Shown: positions 38,080 through 50,479 of the stretch, in pieces | How the letters are laid out: each line of letters opens with the position of its first letter | Numbering within the stretch: position 1 is the first letter of the stretch | Origin: Octopus sinensis | Taxonomy: Eukaryota | Assembly (NCBI RefSeq): GCF_006345805.1 | Contig: NC_043023.1 | Span: forward strand, 2,542,001-2,606,000 | Direction of reading: 5' to 3' | Length of the DNA: 64,000 nucleotides | The notes under the pieces: model-generated | Told to the model about the DNA's origin: nothing | Databases searched by the model: none | The model's input: only the letters and a program-made list of their open reading frames with translations | Translations under genes and position numbers: made by a program

Positions 38080-38487
38080 CTCTTTACTCTTTTACTTGTT
38101 TCAGCCATTTGACTGTGGCCATACTGGAGCACCACCTTTAATCGAGCAAATCGACCCCAGGGACTTATTCTTCGTAAGCCCAGTACTTATTCTATCAGTC
38201 TCTTTTGCCGAACCGCTAAGTAACGAGGACATAAATACACCAGCATCGGTTGTCAAGCAATGCTAGGGGGACAAACACAGACACACAAACACACACGCAC
38301 ATATATATATATATAATATACATATATACGAAGGGCTTCTTTCAGTTTCCATCTACCAAATCCACTCACAAGGCTTTGGTCTGACTGAGTCTATAGTTGA
38401 AGACACTTGCCTAAGGTGCCACGCAGTGGGACTGAACCCGGACCATGTGGTTGGTAAGCAAGCTACTTACCACACAGCCACTCCTGT
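38080..38487 (-). mobile_element. SINE family A
   Basis: Reverse head plus tail. Confidence 0.85.
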
Positions 38488-38660
38488 TCACACCTGTTAC
38501 CTGTTACTTGTTTTAGTTGTTTGAGTGTGCCCATGCTGGAGCACAACTCTGAAGAATTTGTAGTTGAATGAATCAACTCCTGTACTTATTTTTTTTAAGG
38601 CCTAATACTCCTTCTATTGACCCAGCATGGAAATGCCTATTTATGTTACTATCTGTGTAT

Positions 38661-38719
38661 ATTCCACTGATGAGGTAAAGCATTTCTAAATGCAAAGCCA
38701 GAAATCCGGGATCTGGAAT
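38661..38719 (+). ncRNA. Type I hammerhead motif with small insertions
   Basis: ATTCCA-CTGATGA-GG..GCATTT(CT)AAATGC..CC-A-GAAATCC(G)GGATC-TGGAAT; perfect 6-bp stem I. Confidence 0.6.
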
Positions 38720-38949
38720 TATTCAGTAATTTTTTGCTAGTTTCATTTTGTCTTTTTGTCTTCTCTCTTTGTGCTGTATGGGCATTTAATGTGATTTTAG
38801 AGTCAGATCTTGGCTGCTATTTTCAGCATGGCATTATCTCTTAGATACCCTAAATTATAATTTTAATAATAATTATTACCTTTGAAGGTTTTTATTTCCA
38901 TGCTGGCCACTAGATATGATCGTTATTTAATTTAAATTAGCGATCTTGT

Positions 38950-38999
<50 letters not shown>

Positions 39000-39335
39000 T
39001 ATATATATTCAGGCACAGGAGTCACTGTGTGGTAAGAAGCTTGCTTTCCAAACACTTGTGAGTGGATTTGATAGAAGGAACTGAAAGAGGCTTGTCATGT
39101 GTGTGTGTTTGTCCCCCCATCATTGCTTAACAACCAATGTTGGTGTGTATATGTCCCCGTAACTTAGTGGCTTGGCAAAAGAGACTGATAGAATAAGTAC
39201 TAGGCTTATAAAGAATAAGTCCTGGGGTTGATTTGTTTGACTAAAGGCAGTGCTCCAGCATGACTGCAGTCAAATGACTGAAACAAGTAAAAGAGTAAAA
39301 GAATATATATATATATATACATATATATCTATACA

Positions 39336-39491
39336 TACCGGAGTAAACACATAAATGTGAAACAAGGTGGAAAAAAGAGTACACGAAAACCAGAGGTAGA
39401 GTAATATGCTTTATTTAAAAGCAGCAGAAATTTAACGTGAAACTCCGAGTAACAGCTTTTGTTAAATTTCTGCTGCTTTTAAATAAAGTAT
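39336..39491. repeat. Fold-back element with 3' half of a hammerhead in its spacer
   Basis: ~31-bp inverted arms at 39405-39436 / 39461-39491; spacer has GAAAC-TCCGA-GTA; related pieces at ~13640-13685 and 53743-53860. Confidence 0.55.
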
Positions 39492-39973
39492 ATATATATA
39501 TACATGTATATATACATACCCATATATATGTGTGTGTGTATATATACATGTATGTATAAATATATACATGTATATGTACATACCCATATATATATATATA
39601 TACACATGCACACATACACTTATATACATACATACACATATACATCTATATATGAGTATATATATGTGTGTATATATATATATATATATGTTTCCATACA
39701 CACACAGATACATCCCTATCCCCCCCTTCCGCATATTTATATCACTCCTCATCAGTACAAATCAAATCAGCTCTCCCTATCGTTGCTCTTCCTCCCTCCT
39801 CTCTCTCCCTTTCTTCCTCTCCCTTACCCCCTCTTCCCCCTCCCTCTCATTTTAACCGACCACCATCTCAGATATCACTTAACTGTTAACGGCAGATACA
39901 ATTCCTCGCTTTTCGTCCGTTTCCATTCTAGAAATTTCTAATCACAGCATCTGCATCTAAATGGTGCTGAAAT

Positions 39974-40112
39974 TCATTTCACTGATTCCTCTTTGAGATT
40001 GTTAAATTTCCTATTATTTCGGAAACCATATTTGGAGATTGGAAACGCATTCGAAGAATGGAAGATTCTGGGTTTATCTTCAGGAATTTTAGCAGGCTGC
40101 TGAAGACATGTT
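39974..40112 (-). CDS. Candidate terminal coding exon, unknown product
   Basis: ATTCTTCTCATTATAG acceptor; open frame TCLQQPAKIPEDKPRIFHSSNAFPISKYGFRNNRKFNNLKEESVK*. Confidence 0.25.
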
Positions 40113-40164
40113 CTATAATGAGAAGAATATTAGTTGATTGTGCCACTGATAGGCACACACCCTC

Positions 40165-40430
40165 ATTCTTCTTCCACTTCTTCTTCTTCTTCTTTTTCCA
40201 ATTCTTCTTCTTCCACTTCTTCTTCTTCTTCTTTTTCCAATTCTTCTTCTTCTTCCAGTTCTTCTTCTTCTTCTTCTTCTTCTTCTTCTTCTTCTTCTTC
40301 TTCTTCCAGTTCTTCTTCTTCTTCTTCTTTTCTTCTTCTTCTTCTTCTTCTTTTCTTCTTTTCTTCTTCTTCTTCTTCTTCTTCTTCTTCCAGTTCTTCT
40401 TCTTCCGATTCTTCTTCTTCTTCTTCTTAT
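40165..40430. repeat. (TTC)n microsatellite
   Basis: Direct reading. Confidence 0.95.
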
Positions 40431-41657
40431 AATAATAATAATAATAACCCTCAGTAGTTAACAAAGAAAGCATTATTATTATTGTTATTATTATTATTAT
40501 TATTATTGTGGTGAGCTAGCAGAATCATTAGCACGCTGTCTTTACATTCAGAGTTCAAATCCTACTGTGGCTGACTTTGCATTTTGGGGTCAACAAGATG
40601 AGCACCAGTTGAACAATTGCTGCCCTTGTGGCAACATTTGAAACCATTATTATTATTATCATTATTATTCCAATTCTTCTTCCAACTCTTCTTTTTTTTT
40701 CCAATTCCTGTTGTTGTTGTTCTTCTTCTTCTTCTTTCAATTCTTGTACTACTACTACTACTGCTGCTACTGGTGCTGCCACCACCTCCACCACCACTCT
40801 TTGTTCTACAATACACACACATAATATGCATTATATATAATTCGATGAAACCCGTGTATGTTTTATAGAGCCTTAAAACCATATGTATTTTCTGTCCCCT
40901 CTCACTACTCGCCTCATACATAAAGGGTTCACACAGCCACCACATCACCACTGTTTCAATCTCTTCCCCATGGTAACCAAATCAACCCCCACACTCCTAC
41001 CCCCATCTCGCTGTCTCTCTTCTAAAATGTGAATAGCCTTGTGACCTCTCTACTGCAAGAAACCTGATCTGCTGTCATACTTTGACTCCTCATTTAGCAA
41101 AAAGCTACCTCACTTGTTGTTTGAACCAGTTCTCATTTTAAGTAAGAGTTTTATGCATGATGTTACTGACTTTAAATTGCTGTGTGGACATTCCCAACAG
41201 TCGTTATACTGTGTAACATTATTTTTGTCCTTGGGTTGCAACGGTTATTTCCCATTTGTTTACCACTAGAAAGTATGATAGATGGCTAATATTTCCTTCA
41301 ATCTTTGCTTTCATTGTATTTATTCAAACCCCTACAGATTCCTCTCCACACATGGCTATGGTGCTCCCCCTCTACTCCTGCTCTTCATCAGAAACACACA
41401 TATCGTTAGCCACTAAGGAACATGTGCAACTGGTTATGGTCAATCAACTGACAAGCTAATCTGTGGTATTGAACAGAATATTTGTTATAATGATATTTCT
41501 GCTTCAGCAACTCAACACTGAATCTGTCTGAAATGTAATGGAAAATTTGTCAGTGTCAAACCATTGCTGTCCAGGTCAGAAAAGCAAAGTGTGAAGGGAA
41601 TAGTAGTCATTTCTTTTGTTTTCTAGATATGAGAAGCCAAGAGGAAATAATACTTAC

Positions 41658-41713
41658 TGACCAAAGACAACATTTTTCATATGGGGAACGGGAACAAACA
41701 GAGACACAAAAAC
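41658..41713 (-). CDS. Candidate 56-nt internal exon
   Basis: GTGCAG acceptor, GTAAGT donor; [18 protein letters not shown](Q), phase-compatible with 39974-40112. Confidence 0.25.
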
Positions 41714-41761
41714 CTGCACACGTAGATATATATGTGTATATATATATATATACATATATAC

Positions 41762-41891
<130 letters not shown>

Positions 41892-41939
41892 GACAGAGAC
41901 ACAAAAGCACGCACACATAGATATATCCGTACATATATG

Positions 41940-42490
41940 TCAGGTCACTTTCGAGTGGTACTGGTAACACGTAACCCAGTACAACCTGTTGCATGGTCGG
42001 GTCGTCGGCGACTAAACCGGCAGCCCCACCAAGCTTGCTTGGTGAGGAGGGTATTTATTGGACACCCTGCATGATGAAAAACAAAACCCGTCAAAGGGCG
42101 GAGGAACTCTTGAGAGTCAACGACCATCCAATAAATGTCTTAAGGCTGTATCATGCGCGGGGACTTAGAAATAATTGGACTGAATACCCGATCGCGCGGT
42201 TAAACCATGGGGAGTGAAGGACTCCTAGTCTTTATTAGGGCATCCTTCTAGGAAAAGGTAACTCAGGTAACTGGGATAACTCCGATGTAAAACTGCGGCT
42301 CAGTGGTTACCAATGATGTTGACTTGTTCTTCTTTTCGGATTATGGCTGCTGTTGCTTAGTGAGTGGGATTGACTCAGTGCACAGCCTTTCCTCACTTTA
42401 AAAAAAATCTTCTTGCACAGGTATTGCACGATAACAACATTGATTAAGCTTCGTGCAATGGCCATACTCGATAACGAGGGGGCAGCCACC
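41940..42490 (+). mobile_element. Probable LINE (RTE-like) 5' UTR fragment
   Basis: GC/CpG-richer island with hairpins and GGGCATCCTTCTAGGAAAAGGTAACTC; class from recalled resemblance only. Confidence 0.3.
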
Positions 42491-42779
42491 ATATATATAT
42501 ATATATATGACTGGCTTCTTTTTCAGTTTTCATCTACCAAATACACTCACAAGGCTTTGGTCAGCTTCAAGCTATAATAGAAGACACTGCCACACAGTGG
42601 GATTGAACCTGGAACCATGTGGGTGAGAAGCAAGCTTTGTACCACACAGTTATGCCTGCGCTTATGAGCCATGCCTGCATCTCTTCAGAATTTCAATTCA
42701 GAATTTAAATCTATATTTTCGCACAATATTCTTGTAAAATACGGGTGCATTTTATGTGTAATTGCATCTAATACACCAC

Positions 42780-43260
42780 CAGGTATCTTAATTTTGATGG
42801 AAACCTTGCAGATAGAAATGGTTATACTGTGCTTGCAAATATAAGTATTTTCAAAACAATAATGGGCTGCTTGTTCCCTCACAAAACGCTATCAGAGAAT
42901 GAAAGACGCTTGTAAAGAATCTTAAGAAATGGTCGTGGATGGAGAAGCCTGGTATTCACAGCGTGGTTATTCTCTAAAATGGAAAGGAGCTTTTAAGTTT
43001 TGTTGTTTGGGTGTTCTTATAAAGAACCAATCAGTATTTATTTGGATGGATATCAAATAGGTACTATCACTGGAATGTTCCAGAAAGTCTTAGAATACAT
43101 GAAGAAATGGCAGAGATATTGCTTCACTCAATGGAAAGGAATAAATCTTTTAGAAAATTGAAGAATCATTATGGTAGAGCTTTATCTTCCTCAAATGGCA
43201 TCAGGAAATATAAATGATGAAATGTTCTTCACGTAATTATCTATTGCGTAAGAGCTTTCA
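42780..43260 (+). pseudogene. Decayed hAT transposase (TTF-type zinc finger region), copy 1
   Basis: Homologous to 49600-50050; frameshifted LRNG...WL.S...F...W...ESLRIHEE...QWK. Confidence 0.5.
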
Positions 43261-43339
43261 TGATTCAGCCATCCATCTTCTCTGTCTACCTTTCTTGGAA
43301 TGGTCATTGGGGTAGAATCCTCAGGTATCTTTCAGGTAT

Positions 43340-44040
43340 GGCTCTGTTCTAAGAAATTTAGTTCCCAACCATATGGTTCCAGGTTCAGTCCCACTGCATG
43401 GCACCTTGGGTAAGTGTCTCAACCAAAGCCTTGTGAGTGGATTTGGTAGACAGAAACTGAAAGAAGGTGGTGAGCTGGCAGAATCGTTAGCACGCCGGAT
43501 GAAATGTGTAGCGCTATTTCGTCTGCTGTTACGTTCTGAGTTCAAATTCTGCCGAGATCGACTTTGCCTTTCATCCTTTCGGGGTCGATAAATTAAGTAC
43601 CAGTTATGCACTGGGGTTGATGTAATCGACTTAATCCATTTGTCTGTCCTTGTTTGTCCCTTCTGTGTTTAGCCCCTTGTGGGTAGTAAAGAAATAGGTA
43701 TTTCGTTTATCGCTACGTTCTGAGTTCAAATTACGTCGAGGTTGACTTTGCCTTTCATCCTTTCAGGTTCGATTAAATAAGTACCAGTTATGCACTGAGG
43801 TCGATATAATCAACTTAGTCCGTTTGTTTGTCCTTGTTTGTTCCCTCTGTGTGTAGCCCCTTGTGGGCAGTAAAGAAATAAGAAACTGAAAGAAGCCCAT
43901 CATATATGTGTGTGTTTTTTCCTAGCACTGCTTGTCAACCGATGTTAGTATGTTTACATTGCCATAACTTAGCGGTTTAGCAAATAGAGACCAATAGGAT
44001 AAGTATCAGACTTCAAATAAAAATGTACTGGGGTTGATTT
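43340..44040 (+). mobile_element. SINE family A split by tandem CORE-like SINEs (43467-43880)
   Basis: 15-bp duplication AGAAACTGAAAGAAG at 43452-43466 and 43881-43895. Confidence 0.8.
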
Positions 44041-45659
44041 AATCAATTACCGGCCTTCCCTGAAGCTGCTGGCCTTGTGCCAAAATTTGGAACCAACATT
44101 ATCCAAACATCAGGTGGTGAGCTGGCAGAATCATTAGCGCACAATACAAAATAATTACTCTTTTACTTGTTTCAGTCATTTGACTGTGGCAATGCTGGAG
44201 CACTACCTTTAGTCAAGCAAATCGACCCCGGGACATATTCTTTGTAAGCCCAGTACTTATTCTATCGGTCTCTTTTGCCAAACCGCTAAGTGATGGGGAC
44301 ATAAACACACCAGCATCGGTTGTCAAGCAATGCTAGGGGGACAAACACAGACACACATAAATATACATATATATGATGGGCTTTGAGTTTCCATCTACCA
44401 AATCCACTCACAAGGTTTAAGTCGGCCCGAGTCTACAGTAGAAGACTCTTGTCCCAAGGTGCCACGCAGTGGGATTGAACCTGGAACCATGTGGTTGGTA
44501 AGCAAGCTACTTACCACTTACTACTTAGCAGCATTTTCATCCATCTTTAAGTTCTGAGTTCAAATGCTACCAGGGTTGACTTTGCCTTTTATCCTTTTGG
44601 ATTCAATAGAATAAGTACCAGTTGACTCTGGGGGTCAATGTAATCGACTGGTCCCCTCCCCCAAACTTGCTGACCTTCAGCCCAAATTTGAAACAAATAT
44701 TATCCAACCGTCTTGCTTTAGGTCTACCTCTCTTGGTCTCCTACTTGTTGGTTTAACTTTGAAGAATCTGTCTTGTATTTTTTTCTTGGAGGAATTTCAA
44801 CTGTGTTTCATGGTCTGCTACCACAACAGCTCCTTTATAGGATCCAGTTATCTCAAGACATCAGGAGGAACCATGTCCAGTTTCAGCCCCTACTCCTCTA
44901 CCGTTTTGAAGTGGCGCCCCCCCCCCCTTTCGGAGGTGTCTTCAGCTCTGGTTTTGGGTGCATGTCTTCTTTTTTCTTCTCTCTTCTGTTCCCTGGCCTC
45001 TTTGATGTAGCGTCAATGAGTGTCAGCGGGCGACTGACTGTCTTGTGAAATTTCCCTTTAAATACCTGCTGCTAGGCTCCAGCAGGCAGCCCTAGCAAGT
45101 TGTCACATGACACTGTCTCAACTTTAACTGACCAATGAAGGCGCATAGTCTTAGCCCATGCATTCTCTAAATGACCAAGTCTATAGTACCAGAACTATGA
45201 CAGCTCAATGCAAAGTAGTAGCTCGACATGGAGAGACTCCCTGGTCCCTAAGCTCGCATCCTGTTGAGTAACATTACTCCAGTGATCCTTTGTAAGAACC
45301 CCATTTCCACTGCTTTTATTCGTGTATGTACTCTTTCAGACATTGCTAACATTCATGACCGTAAGGGAGGAGTCACAAAAACCAAAGATAAGGAGTTTAG
45401 TTTTTTTTCTTATCATCCTCTTCTGAGGATTGAATACTAATGACCTTTTCTACTAAAGGCACAAGGCCAGAAATTTTAAGGGAGGAGACTTGTCAGTTAT
45501 ATAGTCCCCAGTGTTTAAATGATACCTATTTTATTAATCTGAGAAGGATGAAAAGCATAGTCAGCCTCAGCAGAATTTGAACTCAGAATGTAAAGAGGAA
45601 CGAAATACTGTTAGACATTTCGTCCAACATGTTAACAATTCTGTGCTGCCCAAGAGCAG

Positions 45660-46965
45660 GCATTAAGAACTAATTACATCACATACAGAATAGACAACAC
45701 ATCAGAAAGTGGTAAGTGCAGAAGTTGTGAATAAAATGGTGAAACGGCATGGCATATTACCAGCCAATGTAAACCACTAGCCCAGAAAGAATATAAGAGT
45801 TGCCATGACAATATAGCAAGGATTGTCCATTGGGATGGAAGCACTCTGTCGGTTACGACGACAAGGGTTCCGGTTGATCCGAATCAACGGAACAGCCTGC
45901 TCGTGAAATTAACATGTAAGTGGCTGAGCACTCCACAGACACGTGTACCCTTAACGTAGTTCTCGGTGATATTCAGTGTGACACAGAGAGTGACAAGGCC
46001 GGCCCTTTGAAATACAGGTACAACAGAAACAGGAAGTAAGAGTGAGAGAAAGTTGTGGTGAAAGTGTACAGCAGGGATCGCCACCAACCCCTGCAGGAGC
46101 ACTGCGTCGGTTAAGATGATGAGGGTTCCGGTTGATCTGAATCAACGGAACAGCTTGCTCGTGAAATTAATGTGTACGTGGCTGAGCACTCCACAGACAC
46201 GTGTACCCTTAACGTAGTTCTCGGTGATATTCAGCGTGACACAGAGAGTGACAAGGCCGGCCCTTTGAAATACAGGTACAACAGAAACAGGAAGTAAGAG
46301 TGAGAGAAAGTTGTGGTGAAAGAGTACAGCAGGGATCGCCACCACCCCCTGCTGGAGCCTCGTGGAGCTTTAGGTGTTTTCGCTCAATAAACACTCACAA
46401 CACCCAGTCTGTCCATTGGACACTTTGCAACAAGTATGGACTTAACAGAGTTAAAATGTGGTACAAACATAAACCTGAAGGTATCATCAAAAATAGAAAT
46501 GCAAAGATCCTATGGGATTTTATGATTCAGTGCAACCATGAGATAGAGAATAGGAAACCAGACATAGTCTTAATTGAGAAAGAAAACAGACTATGCTGGA
46601 TCATAGATATAGCATGCCTGGCTGACAACAAGGTATACGATAAGGAAGAAAGAAAAGTTGATAGATATGACAGGTTGGCTGGGAGGTTAAGCAGTTGTGG
46701 TTGCTGAGAAAGGTGGTAGTAGTACCAATAATTGTCAGAGTCCTGGGAACTGAGTAAAAATCTTGAGAAGTATGTGGAACAAATAGGGACTGCAATAAGG
46801 GTGGAGCACTTGCAGAAAACAGCACTGCTTGGAACCACTTGAATACTCCAGATGGTGCTCAAAAAATAAGGGATGTTACCTTAGTTCACTGGTAGTGAAC
46901 AGCTGACACCGTAGTACATCTCCAGTGTCAGAAGCTGTGCAAAGACAATAAAATAGTAATAATAA
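45660..46965 (+). mobile_element. R4/Dong-like LINE 3' portion (CCHC knuckle + RLE endonuclease), interrupted by SINE D dimer
   Basis: KCRSC...HITSQC..., HWTLCNKYG...KILWDF...RKPDIVLI...IIDIAC...K..RY..., VVPII...LQKTALLGT; (AAT)n tail. Confidence 0.85.
45838..46388 (-). mobile_element. Tandem pair of truncated family D SINEs
   Basis: Two copies matching 54975-55335; TGTCCATTGG duplicated on both sides. Confidence 0.8.
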
Positions 46966-47394
46966 TCCTTTAATAATAAAATTTTGATTTCAAATTTTGA
47001 CATGAGGCCAGTAATTTCAGGGGAGAAAGTAGTCAATTACATCAACCCCTAGTATTTGATGGGTACTTATTTCATTGACCCTAAAAGAATGAGAGACCAA
47101 ATGACCTTGGTGGAATTTGAACTTAAAGACAGACAAAATGCCCCTAAGCCTTTTGCACATCATGCTAACGATTCTGCCAGCTTGCCACCTTTAGAAATAA
47201 TGATAATAATAATAATAATAATGATCCTTTAACTGGTACTTATTTTATGAACCTGAAAAAGATGAAAGGCTAAGTCAAGCTCGGCAGAATGTAAAGAGAA
47301 ATGAAATGCTTAGCTCAGTGTGCTAACAATTCTGCCAGCTCACCGCTTTTAATGATAATAATAATAATAATCAAAATCGAAATCAAATTCGATG

Positions 47395-47815
47395 ACTAGC
47401 ATCTGTGCTAGTGGAGTGCTAAGAGCACCATAAGAGTGTGATTGTTGTCAGAGCAACAAGCTGGCATCCGTGCTGTTGGCACGTAAAAAGCACCATTTGA
47501 GTGTGATCATTACTGCGTCACCTTACTGGCACTTGTGCCAGTGGTATGTGAAAAAAACATTCGAGTGAGGTCATTGTGCAGGTGGCACATAAAAAGCACC
47601 ATTTGAGCATGGCCATTGCCAGTACCACCTGACTGGCCCTCATGCCAGTGACACGTAAAAGCACCCACTACACTCTTGGAGTGGTTGGCGTTAGGAAGGG
47701 CTTCCAGCTGTAGAAACTCTGCCAGATCAGATTGGAGCCTGGTGGAGCCATCTGGTTTGCCAGACCTCAGTTAAATCATCCAACCCATGCTAGCATGCAA
47801 AGCAGATGTTAAATG
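47395..47815 (+). mobile_element. Retroposon family B
   Basis: Internal GCACGTAAAAAGCACC repeats, (GAT)n tail. Confidence 0.75.
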
Positions 47816-48049
47816 ATGATGATAATACTAATAATCTTTTAATAATAAAATATTGATTTCAAGTTTTGGCACAAGGCTAGCAATTTTGGAAGAGAGGCTA
47901 AGTCCATTATGTCATCCCTAGTGCTTGACTGATACTTATTTTATTGCCCCCAAAAGAATGAAAGGTGAAATGCCTCCAAACATTTGGCCCAGCATGTTAA
48001 TGAGTTTTCCAGGTTACTGACTTGTTAATGACAATAAAATATTATTATT

Positions 48050-48299
48050 CTTTTACTCTTTTACTTGTTTAATTCATTTGACTGTGGACCTACTGGAGCA
48101 CTGCCTTTAGTTGAGCAAATCGACCCCAGAACTTATTCTTTGTAAGCCTAGTACCTATTCTATCGGTGTCTTTTGCCTAACTGCTAAGTTAGAGGACGTA
48201 AACACACCAGCATCAGTTGTCAAGCGATGTTGGGGGGACAAACACAGACACACACACACCAGCATCAGTTGTCAAGCGATGTTGGGGGGACAAACACAG

Positions 48300-48330
<31 letters not shown>

Positions 48331-49520
48331 CATATATACAATGGGCTTCTTTAGTTTCCGTCTGCCAAATCCACTCACAAGGCTTTGGTCAGCCCAAGGT
48401 TATAGTAGAAGACACTTGCCCAAGGTGCTACACAGTGGGACTGAAACCGGAACCATGTGGTTGAGAAGCAAGCTACTTACCACACAGCCACTCAATAAAA
48501 TATTATCAATATTTTATTCATTATGTGTAAGATGAAGCATAATAAAATTTATTTTTCCACAAAGTATACTAGTAAAACAGGGGTGCATCTTATGCGTGAG
48601 CACATCTTATACGCCACCAAATACAATATTTTGGGTAGATACCCTGATTACAGAAATGGTTATAGATGTTGGAATGGCTGTGTGGTAAATAGCTTGCTTA
48701 CGAATCACATAGTTCCGGGTTCAGTCACACTGCATGGCACCTTGGGCAAGTGTCTTCTACTATAGCCTTGGGCCGACCAAAGCCTTGTGAGTGGATTTGG
48801 TAGACGGAAACTGAAAGAAGCCCATCGTATATATATATGTGTGTGTCTATATGTATGTATGTGTATATGTCTGTGTGTCCGTGTTTGTATCCCCAACATC
48901 GCTTGACAACTGATGCTGGTGTGTTTATGTCTCCGTAACTTAGTGGTTCGGTAAAAGAGACTGATAGAATAAGTTCTAGGCTTACAAAGAATAAGTCCTG
49001 GGGTCGATTTCTTCGACTAAAATGTGGTGCTCCAGCATGGCCATAGTCACATGACTGAAACAAGTAAGAGAAAAGAGAATTAATAATAAAATATTATCAA
49101 TAGGCGCAGGAGTGGCTGTGTGGTAAGTAGCTTGTTTACCAACCACATGGTTCCGGGTTCAGTCCCACTGCGTGGCATCTTGGGCAAGTGTCTTCTGCTA
49201 TAGCCCCGGGCCGACCAATGCCTTGTGAGTGGATTTGGTAGACAGAAACTGAAAGAAGCCTGTCGTATATATGTGTATATATATATATATATATAAGTGT
49301 GTGTGTGTGTTTGTGTGTGTGTGTTTGTCTCCCTAACATTGCTTGACAACCGATGCTGGTGTGTTTATGTCCCCGTTACTTAGCGGTTTGGCAAAAGACA
49401 CCGATAGAATAAGTACTGGGCTTACAAAGAATAAGTCCCGGGGTCGATTTGCTCGACTAAAGGCGGTGCTCCAGCATGGCCGCAGCCAAATGACTGAAAC
49501 AAGTAAAAGAATAAAAGAAT
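48050..49520. mobile_element. Cluster of three family A SINEs (48050-48492 -, 48670-49077 +, 49102-49520 +)
   Basis: Direct reading of head and tail modules. Confidence 0.85.
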
Positions 49521-49599
49521 AAAGTATACTAGTAAAACGGGTGCATCTTATGCTTGAGCACATCTTATACGCCGCCAAATACAATATTTTGGGTAGATA

Positions 49600-50160
49600 C
49601 CCTGAGGACAGAAATGGTTATATTCTGCTGTAAGTATTTTCAAAATAATAGCAGTCTATTTGTTCCAACACAAAACACTACCATGGAATGAACGATGCTT
49701 TTAAAACCTTAAGAAATGGACGTGGAGAAGTTTGGCACTCACGGCATGGTTATTCTCCAAAGAGGAAAACAGCTTTTTGGTTTTGTTGTTGGGAATTTTT
49801 ACGAAGAACCAATCAGTCTTCATTTAGATAAGAAAATAGGTTTCTAGCAGTGGAATCTTCTAGAAAGTCTTAGAATCCATGAAGAAAAGGTGAAAGACCA
49901 TTGATATTTCTTAATTCAATGGAAAGAAATAAATCTTTTAGAAAATTGAAGAATCATTATTGAAGAATTTCAGGCTCTTCAAATTACATCGCCAGGTATA
50001 AATGGTGGAATGTCCTCGATGTAATTATCCTTTGCATAAAATTTTTAGCTGCTCAAAGCCCTGAAATGCATCGTCGACAAGAAATCTTAGAGACAGGAAT
50101 AGGAGGAAAGCAATTTGGAAACGACTTTTGGAAATTCTGAAAGGCAGATTGGAATTATTG
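49600..50160 (+). pseudogene. Decayed hAT transposase (TTF zinc finger region), copy 2
   Basis: KTLRNG...GYSPKRKTAFWFCC...WNLLESLRIHEE...H...QWKEI; IWKRLLEIL. Confidence 0.6.
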
Positions 50161-50479
50161 GTAAATTCTGCTCCTTGTCACGAAAGGACGCTCAATAATG
50201 TGGAAGAGATTCCTGAAAGAATATCATATTTGTCTCCATCATCTTATGGCTTCTTGTGTTCTTCAGAAAATTGCTTCATAGTATTGGTAAGGCCAAATAT
50301 TTTGGCCTCGTGTTTGGGTCTGCTGCTGACGAAACAGATCAGGATCAAATGGTAGGAATTCTGTGCTATGATGATACTGCTGCTAACAATTTTAAAAGAA
50401 AACAATTCATACATATATAAAATGGATTGTTCTTGGATCTACCGAATTAAACAAAAGTATGGTACAAGTAATGGCTGTG

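Noticed and set aside
39979-40473. Poly-K/poly-S/poly-F ORFs
   Set aside because: Derived from the (TTC)n tract
44740-45060. Unique GC-richer segment with partial ORFs
   Set aside because: Stops in all minus-strand frames and no recognisable motif in the short plus-strand ORFs; origin undetermined
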